Source of the DNA: Macrostomum lignano
Lineage: Eukaryota
NCBI GenBank assembly: GCA_002269645.1
Contig: NIVC01002200.1
Coordinates: forward strand, 62,001-126,000
Length of the DNA: 64,000 nucleotides
Reading direction: 5' to 3'
Shown here piece by piece: positions 16,617 to 29,683 of the stretch (position 1 is the stretch's first letter; each line of letters opens with the position of its first letter). The translations under genes were made by a program, and so were the position numbers. Below the pieces are notes generated by a model. The model was given only the letters and a program-made list of their open reading frames with translations. It had not been told where the DNA came from and ran no database searches.

Positions 16617-16832
16617 CTGCGTTAATGCGCAAAAAACGCTACTTATTTTTTTCTCTAAAGTCAGTAGGCATTCGCGAATATGAATCTCAAACTAAATTTT
16701 TTGCATTTATTAGCTGATGCATTGTAGTTATTGTATTCATGTAGTAGGCGAATAGATATCATTATTGATAAATTGTTGCTATATTAAACTTGTCATTGAA
16801 TTTAGCACTAATTTTTCAAACTGAAGATTATC

Positions 16833-16846
16833 GTTGCCATAGCAAC
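16833..16846. promoter_or_regulatory. RFX X-box-like palindrome GTTGCCATAGCAAC
   Basis: Matches the GTNRCC-N0-3-RGYAAC consensus; lies in the convergent 3' region between NAA40 and PDI; retained in the right arm (50343-50356). Confidence 0.4.
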
Positions 16847-16871
16847 GGCGAAGACAAAATCTCGACAAATT

Positions 16872-17096
16872 TCAAAGCTCCTCTTTCTTCTTTGCTGGCT
16901 CGGCGGCTTCTTCCACGGGCTTTTTAGCTGGCTCGCCTGCGGCGCGTTTCTCCAAGAAAGCCAGCAAGCCGCTGGTGGTCACAGGCGACTCGGTGTAGCT
17001 CTCTCCCTTCTTCCCGTCTGCGAACAGCAGCAGCGTTGGAAAGCCTTCGATGTTGTTGTCCACGCAGATGCCTGCGGGTGGGGTGGGGTGGCTTGG

Positions 17097-17181
<85 letters not shown>

Positions 17182-17218
17182 ATATATCTATCTACCTATC
17201 TATCTATCTATCTATCTA

Positions 17219-17254
<36 letters not shown>

Positions 17255-17259
17255 TCTAA

Positions 17260-17339
<80 letters not shown>

Positions 17340-17411
17340 AATCTATCTAATATATCTATCTATCTATCTATCTATCTAACTATCTATCTATCTATCTGTC
17401 TATCTATCTAA

Positions 17412-17483
<72 letters not shown>

Positions 17484-17487
17484 TTAT

Positions 17488-17521
<34 letters not shown>

Positions 17522-17534
17522 GTCTATCTATCTG

Positions 17535-17595
<61 letters not shown>

Positions 17596-17618
17596 TTTTT
17601 TATCTATCTATCTATCTG

Positions 17619-17654
<36 letters not shown>

Positions 17655-20600
17655 ACTATCTATCTATCTGTCTATCTAACTATCAATCTATCTATCCATC
17701 TATCTATCCATCATCTACCTACAGCCCCACAGCACCTTCATTAGCCTTGACATCGCAGTTGACTCCGACCAGCGCAGCTGAGGAGTCCTTGCCGAGCTTC
17801 TCGGCAGCCGCATCGAACTGCGGCTTGGCCCGCTGGCAGTGCGAGCACCAGGGCGCGTAGAACATCGCCAGCACCAGCCGGCTGGACTTGAGCACAGCTG
17901 AGAACTGGTCCTGACCTTCAATTAGCCTGGCATGCTTCATCATATCCTCCGGTTTCTCAGCTTCGCTTTCCTCATCTTCATCCTCGGATTTGCCAGCCTC
18001 GCCGCCGCGGCCCGAACCCATCGACTTCTCCTTGGGCGGATTGGCCAGGAAGTTCAGCAGCTGTTTGGTCTCGATCTCTTCGTCGAATTCCGCCCACGCT
18101 TCGCCCTTCTTCAGTAGGCGAATTGTTGGGTAGCCCTCCACTTTGGCATCTTCGCACAGCTCTGCGGTGGGAATGGCGTTCGGGCTCGCTGTCAGTGCAC
18201 TGATCTCCATGTGTGATTCCCCTGACCCACTGTCAGTGCACTGATTCCCTGTGTGATTCCCCTGACTCACTGTCAGTGCACCGATTCCCCTGTGTGATTC
18301 CCCTGACTCGCTGTCAGTGCACTGATTCCCTGTGTGATTCCACTAACTCGCTGTCAGTGCACCGATTCCCCTGTGTGATTCCCCTGACTCGCTGTCAGTG
18401 CACCGATTCCCCTGTGTGATTCCCCTGACTCGCTGTCAGTGCACTGATTCCCTGTGTGATTCCCCTGACTCTCTCTCTCTCTCTCAGTGTACTGATTCCC
18501 CTGTGTAATTCCCCTGACTGACTGTCAGTGCACTGATTCCCCTGTGTGATTCCCCGTACTCACAGAAACTCTCAGCCGATCATTTCCCTGACTCACAGAA
18601 ACTGTCAGTTAATCATTCCCCCGACTCACTATGATTGTCTTTGACGTCACAATTGACGGCAGCCATCAGAGCAGCTGCTGCCTCGTCAGCCTTGGACTGA
18701 GCGCCCGCCCGCAGAGTCGCGGCCGCCCGAGCGAACTTCGGCTTGGCGTCCTGGCAGTGCGGGCACCAGGGGGCGTAGTAGAACACCAGGGCCAGCTCTC
18801 GGCCTGACAGCGTCTGCGTGTAATTGGCCGCCGTCAGATAGGTCACACCCTCCATGCTGCGGGTGTGGATACCGGCTGGGTTAGTGTGTGCACCCACAGG
18901 GATAGTGTACACCCACAGGGATAGTGTACACCTCAGGGACAGTGTACACCCACAGGGATAGTGTACACCCACAGAGACAGTGTACACCCACAGGGATAGT
19001 GTACACCCACAGGGATAGTGTACACCTCAGGGACAGTGTCCACCCACAGGGATAGTGTACACCCACAGAGACAGTGTACACCCACAGGGACAGTGTACAC
19101 CCACAGGGATAGTGTACACCCACAGAGACAGTGTACACCCACAGGGATAGTGTACACCCACAGGGATAGTGTACACCCACAGGGATAGTGTACACCTCAG
19201 GGACAGTGTCCACCCACAGGGATAGTGTACACCCACAGGGACAGTGTACACCCACAGGGACAGTGTACACCCACAGGGACAGTGTACACCCACAGGGATA
19301 GTGTGCACACACAGGGATAGTGTACATCCACAGGGATAGTGTACACCCATGGGGATAGTGTACACCCACAGAGATTGTGTGCACCCACAATGACGGTGTA
19401 CACCCGCGGGATAGTGTACATGTACACCCACAGCTCACACAGAGTCGGGTTCGGCAGGCCCGTCCTCCTCGGCCGACGAGCTTGGCGGCCGCTTCTCCCC
19501 CTCCTTCGGCGGGTTCCGCATGAAGGTCAGCAGCGCTTTTTCCGTCGATTCTTCCTCGAAGTCCTGCACCTGCTTGCCGCGGCTGTACAGCCGAAATGTT
19601 GGATAGCCTTCGATCTTCTCCTTGTCGCACAAGTCTTTGTTTGGTTGGGGGTTTGGGTTCAGGACTAGTTTCTATTCTACTCTACTTTACTCTACTCTGC
19701 CAATCATCTCTACTCTACCAGTCTATCCCTGCTCTACTCTACACACCAGTCTATTCCTACTCTACTCTACTCTACCAGTCTATTCCTACTCTACTCTACT
19801 CTACCAGTCTATTCCTACTCTACTCTACTCTACCAGTTTATTCCTACTCTACTCTACTCTACCTGTCTATTCCTACTCTACTCTACTCTACCTGTCTATT
19901 CCTACTCTACTCTACACTACCCGTCTGTCCCTACTCTACTCTACTCTACTCTACCAGTCTATTCCTACTCTACTCTACTCTACTAGTCTATTCCTACTCT
20001 ACTCTACTCTACCAGTCTATTCCTACTCTACTCTACTCTACCAGTCTATTCCTACTCTACTCTACACTACCAATCTGTCCCTACTCTACTCTACACTACC
20101 AGTCTGTCCCTACTCTACTCTACTCTACCTGTCTATTCCTACTCTACTCTACACTACCAGTCTGTCCCTACTCTACTCTACTCTACCAGTCTATTCCTAC
20201 TCTACTCTACTCTACCAGTCTATTCCTACTCTACTCTACTCTACCAGTCTATTCCTACTCTACTCTACACTACCAATCTGTCCCTACTCTACTCTACACT
20301 ACCAGTCTGTCCCTACTCTACTCTACTCTACCTGTCTATTCCTACTCTACTCTACACTACCAGTCTGTCCCTACTCTACTCTACTCTACCAGTCTATTCC
20401 TACTCTACTCTACTCTACCAGTCTATTCCTACTCTACTCTACTCTACCAGTTTATTCCTACTCTACTCTACTCTACCTGTCTATTCCTACTCTACTCTAC
20501 TCTACCTGTCTATTCCTACTCTACTCTACACTACCCGTCTGTCCCTACTCTACTCTACTCTACTCTACCAGTCTATTCCTACTCTACTCTACTCTACTAG

Positions 20601-21970
20601 TCTATTCCTACTCTACTCTACTCTACCAGTCTATTCCTACTCTACTCTACTCTACCAGTCTATTCCTACTCTACTCTACACTACCAATCTGTCCCTACTC
20701 TACTCTACACTACCTGTCTATTCCTACTCTACTCTACACTACCAGTCTGTCCCTACTCTACTCTACTCTACCAGTCTATTCCTACTCTACTCTACTCTAC
20801 CAGTCTATTCCTACTCTACTCTACTCTACCAGTCTATTCCTACTCTACTCTACACTACCAATCTGTCCCTACTCTACTCTACACTACCAGTCTGTCCCTA
20901 CTCTACTCTACTCTACCTGTCTATTCCTACTCTACTCTACACTACCAGTCTGTCCCTACTCTACTCTACTCTACCAGTCTATTCCTACTCTACTCTACTC
21001 TACCAGTCTATTCCTACTCTACTCTACTCTACCAGTCTATTCCTACTCTACTCTACACTACCAATCTGTCCCTACTCTACTCTACACTACCAGTCTGTCC
21101 CTACTCTACTCTACTCTACCTGTCTATTCCTACTCTACTCTACACTACCAGTCTGTCCCTACTCTACTCTACTCTACCAGTCTATTCCTACTCTACTCTA
21201 CTCTACCAGTCTATTCCTACTCTACTCTACTCTACCAGTCTATTCCTACTCTACTTTACACTACCAGTCTTCCTACTCTACTCTACTCTACCAGTCTATT
21301 CCTACTCTACTCTACTCTACCTGTCTATTCCTACTCTACTCTACTCTACCAGTCTATTCCTACTCTACTTTACACTACCAGTCTTCCTACTCTACTCTAC
21401 TCTACCAGTCTATTCCTACTCTACTCTACTCTACCAGTCTATTCCTACTCTACTCTACTCTACCAGTCTATTCCTACTCTACTCTACTCTACCAGTCTAT
21501 TCCTACTCTACTCTACTCTACCAGTCTATTCCTACTCTACTTTACACTACCAGTCTTCCTACTCTACTCTACTCTACCAGTCTATTCCTACTCTACTCTA
21601 CACTACCAGTCTATCCGTGCTCTACTCTACTCTACCAGTCTATTCCTACTCTACTCATCCAGTACGCTCTGATCGTGCTCACAAAAGACCCAATTGGCTC
21701 ACCTTTGTTCGCAGCATCCGCGCAGTCGATCATGGCCATCAGTTTGCCCTCCTTTCCAGATTCTTTCTCGATCTCCTTGGCCGCGCTGGCAAACTTCGGC
21801 TTGGCTTTCACGCAATGCGGGCACCAGGGCGCGTAGAACATGACCAGCGCCGCTTCGCTGCTGTCCACAGTCTTGTGGAAGCTGGCAGCGTTCAGGCTTA
21901 GCGCCGCATCAACTCCGCTAGTGGAAAGAGTTGCAACAAATGCAGCAACAAAAAGCAACAAGTTCTTCAT
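16872..21970 (-). CDS. Protein disulfide-isomerase, PDIA5/PDIR-like, three thioredoxin domains, left copy (exons 21970-21703, 19634-19439, 18856-18630, 18161-17736, 17071-16872; 438 aa)
   Basis: Signal peptide; WCPHC, WCPHC and WCSHC active sites each followed by C..IEG(Y/F)PT; C-terminal KKKEEL ER-retention signal. The five exons total 1317 nt with consistent phases 1,2,1,1. Confidence 0.92.
17097..17715. repeat. (CTAT)n microsatellite in PDI intron 4
   Basis: Direct reading. Confidence 0.97.
18200..18600. repeat. ~41-nt minisatellite in PDI intron 3
   Basis: Unit cactgattcccctgtgtgattcccctgactcgctgtcagtg with variants. Confidence 0.9.
18890..19430. repeat. 19-nt minisatellite (gatagtgtacacccacagg)n in PDI intron 2
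   Basis: Direct reading. Confidence 0.93.
19670..21655. repeat. (CTACT)n-based 24-29-nt compound satellite in PDI intron 1
   Basis: Units such as ctactctactctactctaccagtctattc; source of the 334-aa and 759-aa spurious ORFs. Confidence 0.95.
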
Positions 21971-22196
21971 TTCTATGCTTTAAAATAACTTATCTTCTTT
22001 TGCCGAGAAATTTGCAGAGAGGAGTTCAAGGGTTGGGGTTGGAGCATTTTATGCCATTGCTTAAGAATTTAATCTTATAGGGGTCCGTCTATCTGGTCTG
22101 CGATTGGCTGCCTGAGATCGTGATCCCAGAGCTATGCTCAAAACTGCCTACCATAATCTTCATGTGTGCTTGTAAATTGTACACTCAAATCACTAG

Positions 22197-22595
22197 CTAG
22201 ATTCACTCCATAGAGTTCTATTTTTAGAATCGAATCTAAGAGAGTCACTCGCTAGATTCACTCCATAGAGTTCTATTTTTAGAATCGAATCTAAGAGAGT
22301 CACTCGCTAGATTCACTCCATAGAGTTCTATTTTTAGAATCGAATCTAAGAGAGTCACTCGCTAGATTCACTCCATAGAGTTCTATTTTTAGAATCGAAT
22401 CTAAGAGAGTCACTCGCTAGATTCACTCCATAGAGTTCTATTTTTAGAATCGAATCTAAGAGAGTCACTCGCTAGATTCACTCCATAGAGTTCTATTTTT
22501 AGAATCGAATCTGAGAGAGTCACTCGCTAGATTCACTCCATAGAGTTCTATTTTTAGAATCGAATCTAAGAGAGTCACTCCATAGATTCACTCCC
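22197..22595. repeat. 55-bp minisatellite (7 units) ~230 bp upstream of the PDI start
   Basis: Near-identical units starting 22197, 22252 ... 22527; the right-arm homolog has 10 units. Confidence 0.95.
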
Positions 22596-23149
22596 AAAAA
22601 TTGCTTTTAATATAAATCTTTCTGTTCGTCGCGTCCTTGTTGCAGCATCTGGACTGGCAGCTGAGTTTTGTCTTAACCAGTTATGAAATTGTGTAATTTC
22701 TGCCTCTGAATCATCGACATAAACTTATTTCTAGTCCAGATTTCTAGCTTTGAGATGTCCTTGGTTCTGTTTGGCTCTCTTGTCTAAGCCGTTCTTCTAG
22801 CTTCTAAAAGCAGAGACCAAAAAATAGAGGGCACGGTTCGAGTTGGTCAGCGCCCGACAGCTGTTCAGCGACAGAACCGAGGGGGGGGGGTGATTTCAGA
22901 GGGGCGGGTATGGGCACTCCGCACCTGTGGCCAAGGAGCCACAGCTATTACTAAGCATTTCTTTCAGTTCTGAGTAGCCGCCTGCAATAAAGGCCTCTTC
23001 TCTCTCAGCAACTGCTGCAATATTGTAGGAAGTGAAAGTTATAAAATTCTCTGTTAGAATTTGCAATACATGCATATCAATGTCGAGGGGATGGGATTTT
23101 TACGAAACTATCCGTTTTTTAATGAGTTTTCTTCTACATTTATATGTAT

Positions 23150-23505
23150 AACCATTGCATTTGGTGCCACAACTACTGGATATTGAAATTGGCGCCACAA
23201 CTGCTAGGCATTCAAACTGGCGCTACAACTGCTGGACATTCAAATTGGCGCCAAAAATAGACATTCAAATTGGTGCCAAAACTAATTATTTAATTTGGCG
23301 CCAAAACTATAGACATTCAAATTGGCGCCACAACTGCTGGACATTCAAATTGGCGCCACAACTGTTGATTCAAATTGGTTCCAAAACTGCTAGACATTCA
23401 AATTGGCGCCACAACTGCTGGACATTCAAATTGGCGCCACAACTGCTGGACATTCAAATTGGCGCCACAACGGCTGGACATTCAAATTGGCGCCAAAACA
23501 GAGAA
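23150..23505. repeat. Degenerate ~28-nt repeat with TTGGCGCC core
   Basis: caaattggcgccacaactgctggacatt-type units. Confidence 0.85.
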
Positions 23506-23812
23506 TCCATTTAATCGCGCCTCAAACAACTTAACAACTTTGAATTCAATCTCGCAGCTAAAGAAATTAAAGCTAAAAAAAGAAAAAAGAGGTCTGGTTG
23601 TTCCCTTTGACTTCACGTACTATAAGTAGCCAGATTCAAATATTTACAACGTATAAATAGTTGTTCGCATCGTTATGAAAATACTCGTAAATCAAGGTCA
23701 CGTGATCCAACCCGTGAGTCAGACTTGTTAAGCGCTGAGCTGTAAATAAGCTTCACATACTACTAACTAAGCAGCTCTAAATTCCTGAGCTCGGGTCTCA
23801 ACAGAGGAACAA

Positions 23813-25518
23813 TCAATTCTGCAGATCGCTAAACACGTGCTCAATGCCGGCCGGCCTGTCCGGTCTCAGCGGATCCGGCCTGATGTACTCGACGTAGCGC
23901 ATCGCCTCCAGGCTGCCCGGCTGCACGCCTTCCGGCAGTTCGTTCCTGATGAACACGCTCGCCCAGGCTGCGGGACCCGATGCCGCAGCTGCCGGGGGAG
24001 GAGCAGCTCTCTCCGGACGGCGCTGTTGCACCATGGCGGCGGCGGTGGCGGCCTGCGCGGTCCTCAGCATGTCCGCCGTTCGCTCGTCCAGCCTTCGCAT
24101 GCTCTCCAGCTGGTCCGCCCTGGCCTGCTCCAGCCGCTTCCGGTGCTCGTACAGCGGCCGGTTTGACGGCTCGCCAACCATGGAGAACCGGGCGGCGGGC
24201 AGTGACGACTCCAGCGGCTCGAGCCGGCCGTCCGGTGCCAGTCGGTAGCGCCGGAACGGCTGGTCCAGGATGCGCCGCTCCTCCGTCTGGCGTCGAACGG
24301 CCCGACGCTCGGAGTCTGACGGCTTTCTCGATGCCGGCGGCTTCAACACTGGCGGGAGCTGGCCTCCGGCTGGCTGGGATTCCACAATTGTCACCTGCTT
24401 TTTCTTGGCTTTCTTCTTGGCGGTGCTGCTGCATGCAGTTTCTTTGACTTTCGTCAGCGGCGGCAAGTTGAGCTCCGCCAGATATTCAGGCGTCGGGTCG
24501 GCCTCGGCCGGCCGCAGGTTGCCGCTGGCCTCTCGAATGAAACTCTTGCTGCGAGACCGGGTCAGCGCCAGCAGCTCCGGCGCATCTGGCGCGTTGGCAG
24601 CGGCGGCTCTGTAGCCGGCCCGGTCAACTTCCAGCACCTTGGCCGTCAGGGTGACCAGTTCAGATGATGGCGGCGGCGGCTGCTGCTGCGGTTCTTCAAC
24701 CGCCTCCAGCCTCGAAGAAGGAGCTGGCGGCGACTCCGTGGAGTCATCGGCCGCCGTAGCCGCCGAGCTCAACTCCGCCATGGCGCGCTCGATTAGCGCC
24801 AATTCTTGGCGCCAGCGCTGCCTCTCGTCGGCTCGCTGCGCGTCCAGCCTGGCCTCGTCCTGGCGCCGGCGCGCCCGCTCCCGCGCCTGGCGCCGCCTGT
24901 CGAGATGCAGACCGGCAAGACGGCGGCGGGCGACCCGCTGCAAGCCGGCGAGCTTCTCCAGCTGGGAGCGCTGCTCGGCGAACCACTGACGGAGCAGGCG
25001 CTGCGCCTGCCGCTGCACCGACTGGTTTTGACCGACCACAGCCGGCTGGAACTCGGAGCCGCGCCGGTGCGCTTGACCGCGTCGGGGCCGAAGCTGCTGC
25101 GCCCCGCCGCTGTCGTCGGGACCCTCGGCTGAGGACGACGACACGAGAAACTGCCAGTCCGGCAGCCGAGTCGATGCCGACGTAGGCGACGGTTCCTCAT
25201 CGCGTCGATCAAGCTGCCGCTGCAGCAACTCGTAGAGCTGCTCGATGCCGTCGGAGTCCAGCCCGAAGTCGTTGTTGCCGCTGTCATCAATTCGATCTTC
25301 GAAATCCGACTTCGAGCTGCTGTCAGCGGCCAGCGATCGAACTGACGCGGCGGCGGAGACCGATTCCATTCTGTGTTGAAATAGCGTGCAGAGCAAGGTT
25401 TTTATTTGCACAGACTCTCTCTTGAGTTTGAGCTCTGCCTGGCCAGCTACGGAGAATATAAATGAGAGAGAGAGAGAGAGAGAGTGGGGCAACCAGAGCG
25501 GGGCTCCAGCTCCATCAT
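23813..25518 (-). CDS. Uncharacterised coiled-coil / low-complexity protein, left copy (main exon 25446-23813; start either ATG 25369 or a short upstream exon 25518-25494)
   Basis: 559-codon open frame with GC-rich coding-like composition, an Arg/Gln/Glu coiled-coil segment and a lysine cluster; conserved in the right arm. A putative 47-nt intron (25493-25447, acceptor tccgtag) would join MMELEPRS in phase 1. No family recognised. Confidence 0.7.
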
Positions 25519-25859
25519 TTCTTCCGCATCGGCCAATCTCCGGCCAGCGCGGGCTTCCGGCCGCGCATTCTCAGAAGGTTCCTTGAAAGTACAATGATGG
25601 GCTTATGAAAGGGAGATGTGGAATATGTGATAGATTGGATCTTTTCAGTATTGCGCATTCTAAGGCCGCTTCTGCGCTATCGCGTAGGTTTCAGTTCACA
25701 CACCAATATTGAGTTCACACCGTCTCATTTTATTCTTAAATTTCATTATGCCACAATCGAAGCTCTTTCCGCTTTATTTATGACTATGACTCATGACTGC
25801 CTGACCCTCCACGCTCACCGCCTGCACTGCACCTGCTCATCCCATACTGTATCCCGATA

Positions 25860-26420
25860 CCAGCTCCCTTCATCCACTTCACTCTCTCTGCACCTCCCTT
25901 CATCGACTTCATTCTCTCTGCACCTCCCTTGATCCACTTCATTCTCTCTGCACCTCACTTGATCCACTTCACTCTCTCTGCACCTCACTTGATCCACTTC
26001 ACTCTCTCTGCACCTCCCTTCATCGACTTCATTCTCTCTGCACCTCACTTGATCCACTTCACTCTCTCTGCACCTCACTTGATCCACTTCACTCTCTCTG
26101 CACCTCACTTGATCCACTTCACTCTCTCTGCACCTCACTTGATCCACTTCACTCTCTCTGCACCTCCTTTCATCCACTTCACTCTCTCTGCACCTCCCTT
26201 CATCCACTTCATTCTCTCTGCACCTCCCTTCATCGACTTCACTCTCCCTGCACCTCACTTGATCCACTTCACCCTCCTTGCACCTCACTTCATCTAATTC
26301 ACTCTCTTTGCACCTCTATTCATCCACTTCACTCTCTCTGCACCTCCCTTCATTGACTTCACTCTCCCCTCACTGCAACTCCCTTATCCACTTTACTGTC
26401 CCTGCACCTCCCTTCATTCA
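25860..26420. repeat. 30-nt minisatellite (gatccacttcactctctctgcacctcactt)n
   Basis: Direct reading. Confidence 0.93.
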
Positions 26421-26984
26421 CTTATTCTCCCTGCACCCACTGTCCTGTCCCTGCATTATACGACTATTGCAGGGAATTGCAGTATAAAGCTCCATTATAT
26501 CATGCATTCCAAATCTTCCTTTCACAATGGAGGTGCATGGAGATTGCACCAATCGAACTACTTTCAAACAAAAATACAGGAGCATTTGAAATAACATAGC
26601 CGAGTTACAGAGCAGTAGGCTAACGAAGTGACCTGTGACACTTGCACATTACCGGTTGGAAATATTGCACCCAACCTTACCTTAGCAAGGTGTGTCAGTG
26701 CGTGCATCGAAAACAAAAGCTTTTCTGTCATCAATTGAAGCCCAATGTGCGGCATATTCTATTGATGTTTTATTGCTCTCTGAGCATCTCTGTGAAAAAT
26801 TAGCAACTTTTATGCTTACACAAGAAAGTTGATGACCGCGTGAAGAATGCGGGTGTACTTGGTATGCGCTTATTGATGTTGCATGTTGAAGTTCTGTGTG
26901 TACTTTAGATGAATGTAGCATTTCTTATGCAGCCTCGTTTTTACTGTTCCAAACCTGTTGCAGTATAGGAGGAGGTGCAGGGAG

Positions 26985-27840
26985 ATGACAGTGGGTGCAG
27001 GGAGATGACAGTGGGTGCAGGGTGAGAGGACAGTGGGTGCAGGGTGAGAGGACAGTGGGTGCAGGGAGAGAGGACAGTGGGTGCAGGGTGAGAGGACAGT
27101 GGGTGCAGGGAGAGAGGACAGTGGGTGCAGGGAGAGAGGACAGTGGGTGCAGAGAGAGAGGACAGTGGGTGCAGGGAGAGAGGACAGTGGGTGCAGGGTG
27201 AGAGGACAGTGGGTGCAGGGAGAGAGGACAGTGGGTGTAGGGAGAGAGGACAGTGGGTGCAGGGAGAGAGGACAGTGGGTGCAGGGAGAGAGGACAGTGG
27301 GTGCAGGGAGAGAGGACAGTGGGTGCAGAGAGAGAGGACAGTGGGTGCAGGGAGAGAGGACAGTGGGTGCAGGGTGAGAGGACAGTGGGTGCAGGGAGAG
27401 AGGACAGTGGGTGCAGGGTGGGAGGACAGTGGGTGCAGGGAGAGAGGACAGTGGGTGCAGGGAGAGAGGACAGTGGGTGCAGGGAGAGAGGACAGTGGGT
27501 GCAGGGTGAGAGGACAGTGGGTGCAGGGAGAGAGGACAGTGGGTGCATGGTGAGAGGACAGTGGGTGCAGGGAGAGAGGACAGTGGGTGCAGGGTGAGAG
27601 GACAGTGGGTGCAGGGAGAGAGGACAGTGGGTGCAGGGAGAGAGGACAGTGGGTGCAGGGAGAGAGGACAGTGGGTGCAGGGAGAGAGGACAGTGGGTGC
27701 AGGGTGAGAGGACAGTGGGTGCAGGGAGAGAGGACAGTGGGTGCAGGGAGAGAGGACAGTGGGTGCAGGGAGAGAGGACAGTGGGTGCAGGGAGAGAGGA
27801 CAGTGGGTGCAGGGTGAGAGGACAGTGGGTGCAGGGAGAG
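26985..27840. repeat. 22-nt minisatellite (gggtgcagggagagaggacagt)n
   Basis: Direct reading. Confidence 0.95.
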
Positions 27841-28621
27841 AGAGAGAAGACGCGACTTACAACTTTAACAAGAAAAATAACCAAGTCCATAACAGGCCTA
27901 ATTCAAATTGAATTGGTGTAACGTTTTTCATTAGAAAATGCAGAGTTATAATTTATAAAAAATGAGTTTGCAAAGTACAGGATGACGCAGCATGTTCACC
28001 TATACCAGTAATTGAAATATCCAAGAAGCAGAAAGCAGGGCGCATTGTCTTCAAGATTAGCATGCGCTGATATTAGTACACATTAAATATTATACAGTAT
28101 AAAAGCTAGATAACAGTACGAGCTACAGATGCAGTGCATAATCCATCTTTAATAAATCTGTATAATTTAGAAAAGACAGAGACAGTAGGACATCAGGGGA
28201 GGGGAGCCTGACACAAACTTGTCAAAATAAACTTTAGTCTATCAACTCAATCCATACTAGATTACAGTTGAACAATGATATTTCGATTAAATAAATACCG
28301 TTTGTAAAGTTTTAATACGAAATCGCAAGCACTTGAAATGTTTGCAGAGAGACAAGTTATTTTACACTGGTAGGGGGGAAATTGATGTTTAAAATGACGC
28401 TATCTCACTAACAGTAGCATATGGTGAGCACTTTTAATATTTTCGAGTAAAAAGCTAAGTCGACAGCAGCAAGTTAAAGCAGAAAATGATAAAACACCAA
28501 AAGTGCTAAAACAGAGGGAGGAGGCGGCAGACAGAAGAACGGCGCGGCTTCTGGCTTGAGATCGAATTGGGGGCTTGAGTACTGAGCGGTGCTGGAGGAC
28601 GGATGGAGGGGTGGAGAACAT

Positions 28622-28649
28622 GGACAGACAGACAGACAGACAGACAGAA

Positions 28650-28748
<99 letters not shown>

Positions 28749-28749
28749 A

Positions 28750-28792
<43 letters not shown>

Positions 28793-28795
28793 GGC

Positions 28796-28850
<55 letters not shown>

Positions 28851-28855
28851 GAGAC

Positions 28856-28898
<43 letters not shown>

Positions 28899-28903
28899 GA
28901 GAC

Positions 28904-28994
<91 letters not shown>

Positions 28995-28995
28995 A

Positions 28996-29038
<43 letters not shown>

Positions 29039-29041
29039 GGC

Positions 29042-29092
<51 letters not shown>

Positions 29093-29097
29093 GAGAC

Positions 29098-29152
<55 letters not shown>

Positions 29153-29157
29153 GAGAC

Positions 29158-29242
<85 letters not shown>

Positions 29243-29272
29243 GGCAGGCAGGCAGACAGACAGGCAGACAGA
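28622..29272. repeat. (GACA)n microsatellite
   Basis: Direct reading. Confidence 0.97.
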
Positions 29273-29683
29273 AATGGCAGCAAGAAGGTCATCAGGATCA
29301 CCAGCGGAGCCCAAGAGATCCATGGCATCCCCACCAATAGCTACTATACATAAGAAGCTGCAAGCCAAATTTTCATAAAAATCGCAGCTAGTTAAAAAAA
29401 AATACGCAGAATAAAAATTCCACAGACGGATAAACGAAGGACAGGTCTGGCCTGTCCATCTGGCCAAACAGAAGGGAGGGAAGCGGCAGCGAACATTGTC
29501 GTGAATCAGTTTCTGAGCACAATCTTTATATGAATACAAGAAAGGCCAAACAAATACTTGTAATAGGAAGAAAAAATATGCATTATAGCTTTTGTATAAT
29601 ACATACTACTCACAAATTTGTACACGCCAGTAGTATGTAAATAAAGCGCAGATTTAAAAAAGCCGATCTAATAGTCGAGAATC

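Noticed and set aside
19596-21901. Long ORFs (334 and 759 aa) and similar ORFs in 6164-7173, 25815-29539, 35757-37106, 38582-42525, 62102-63875
   Set aside because: They are translations of stop-free micro/minisatellites, mostly inside introns.
22090-22120. ER stress element (CCAAT-N9-CCACG) upstream of PDI
   Set aside because: CCAAT is present but the position N9 downstream reads GATAG, not CCACG.
22197-22595. 55-bp (and 69-bp, 39-bp) regular repeats as CRISPR arrays
   Set aside because: Units are head-to-tail with no unique spacers, there are no cas genes, and the context is eukaryotic with spliceosomal introns.
23150-23505. aattggcgcc repeats as retroelement PBS remnants or E2F clusters
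   Set aside because: Only ~10 nt resemble the PBS junction, there is no LTR nearby, and the array lies between genes with no supporting evidence.
29280-29350. Extra coding exon ([23 protein letters not shown]) next to the GACA array
   Set aside because: It lies downstream of the CECR2-like stop, runs into microsatellite without a donor, and has no support beyond composition.
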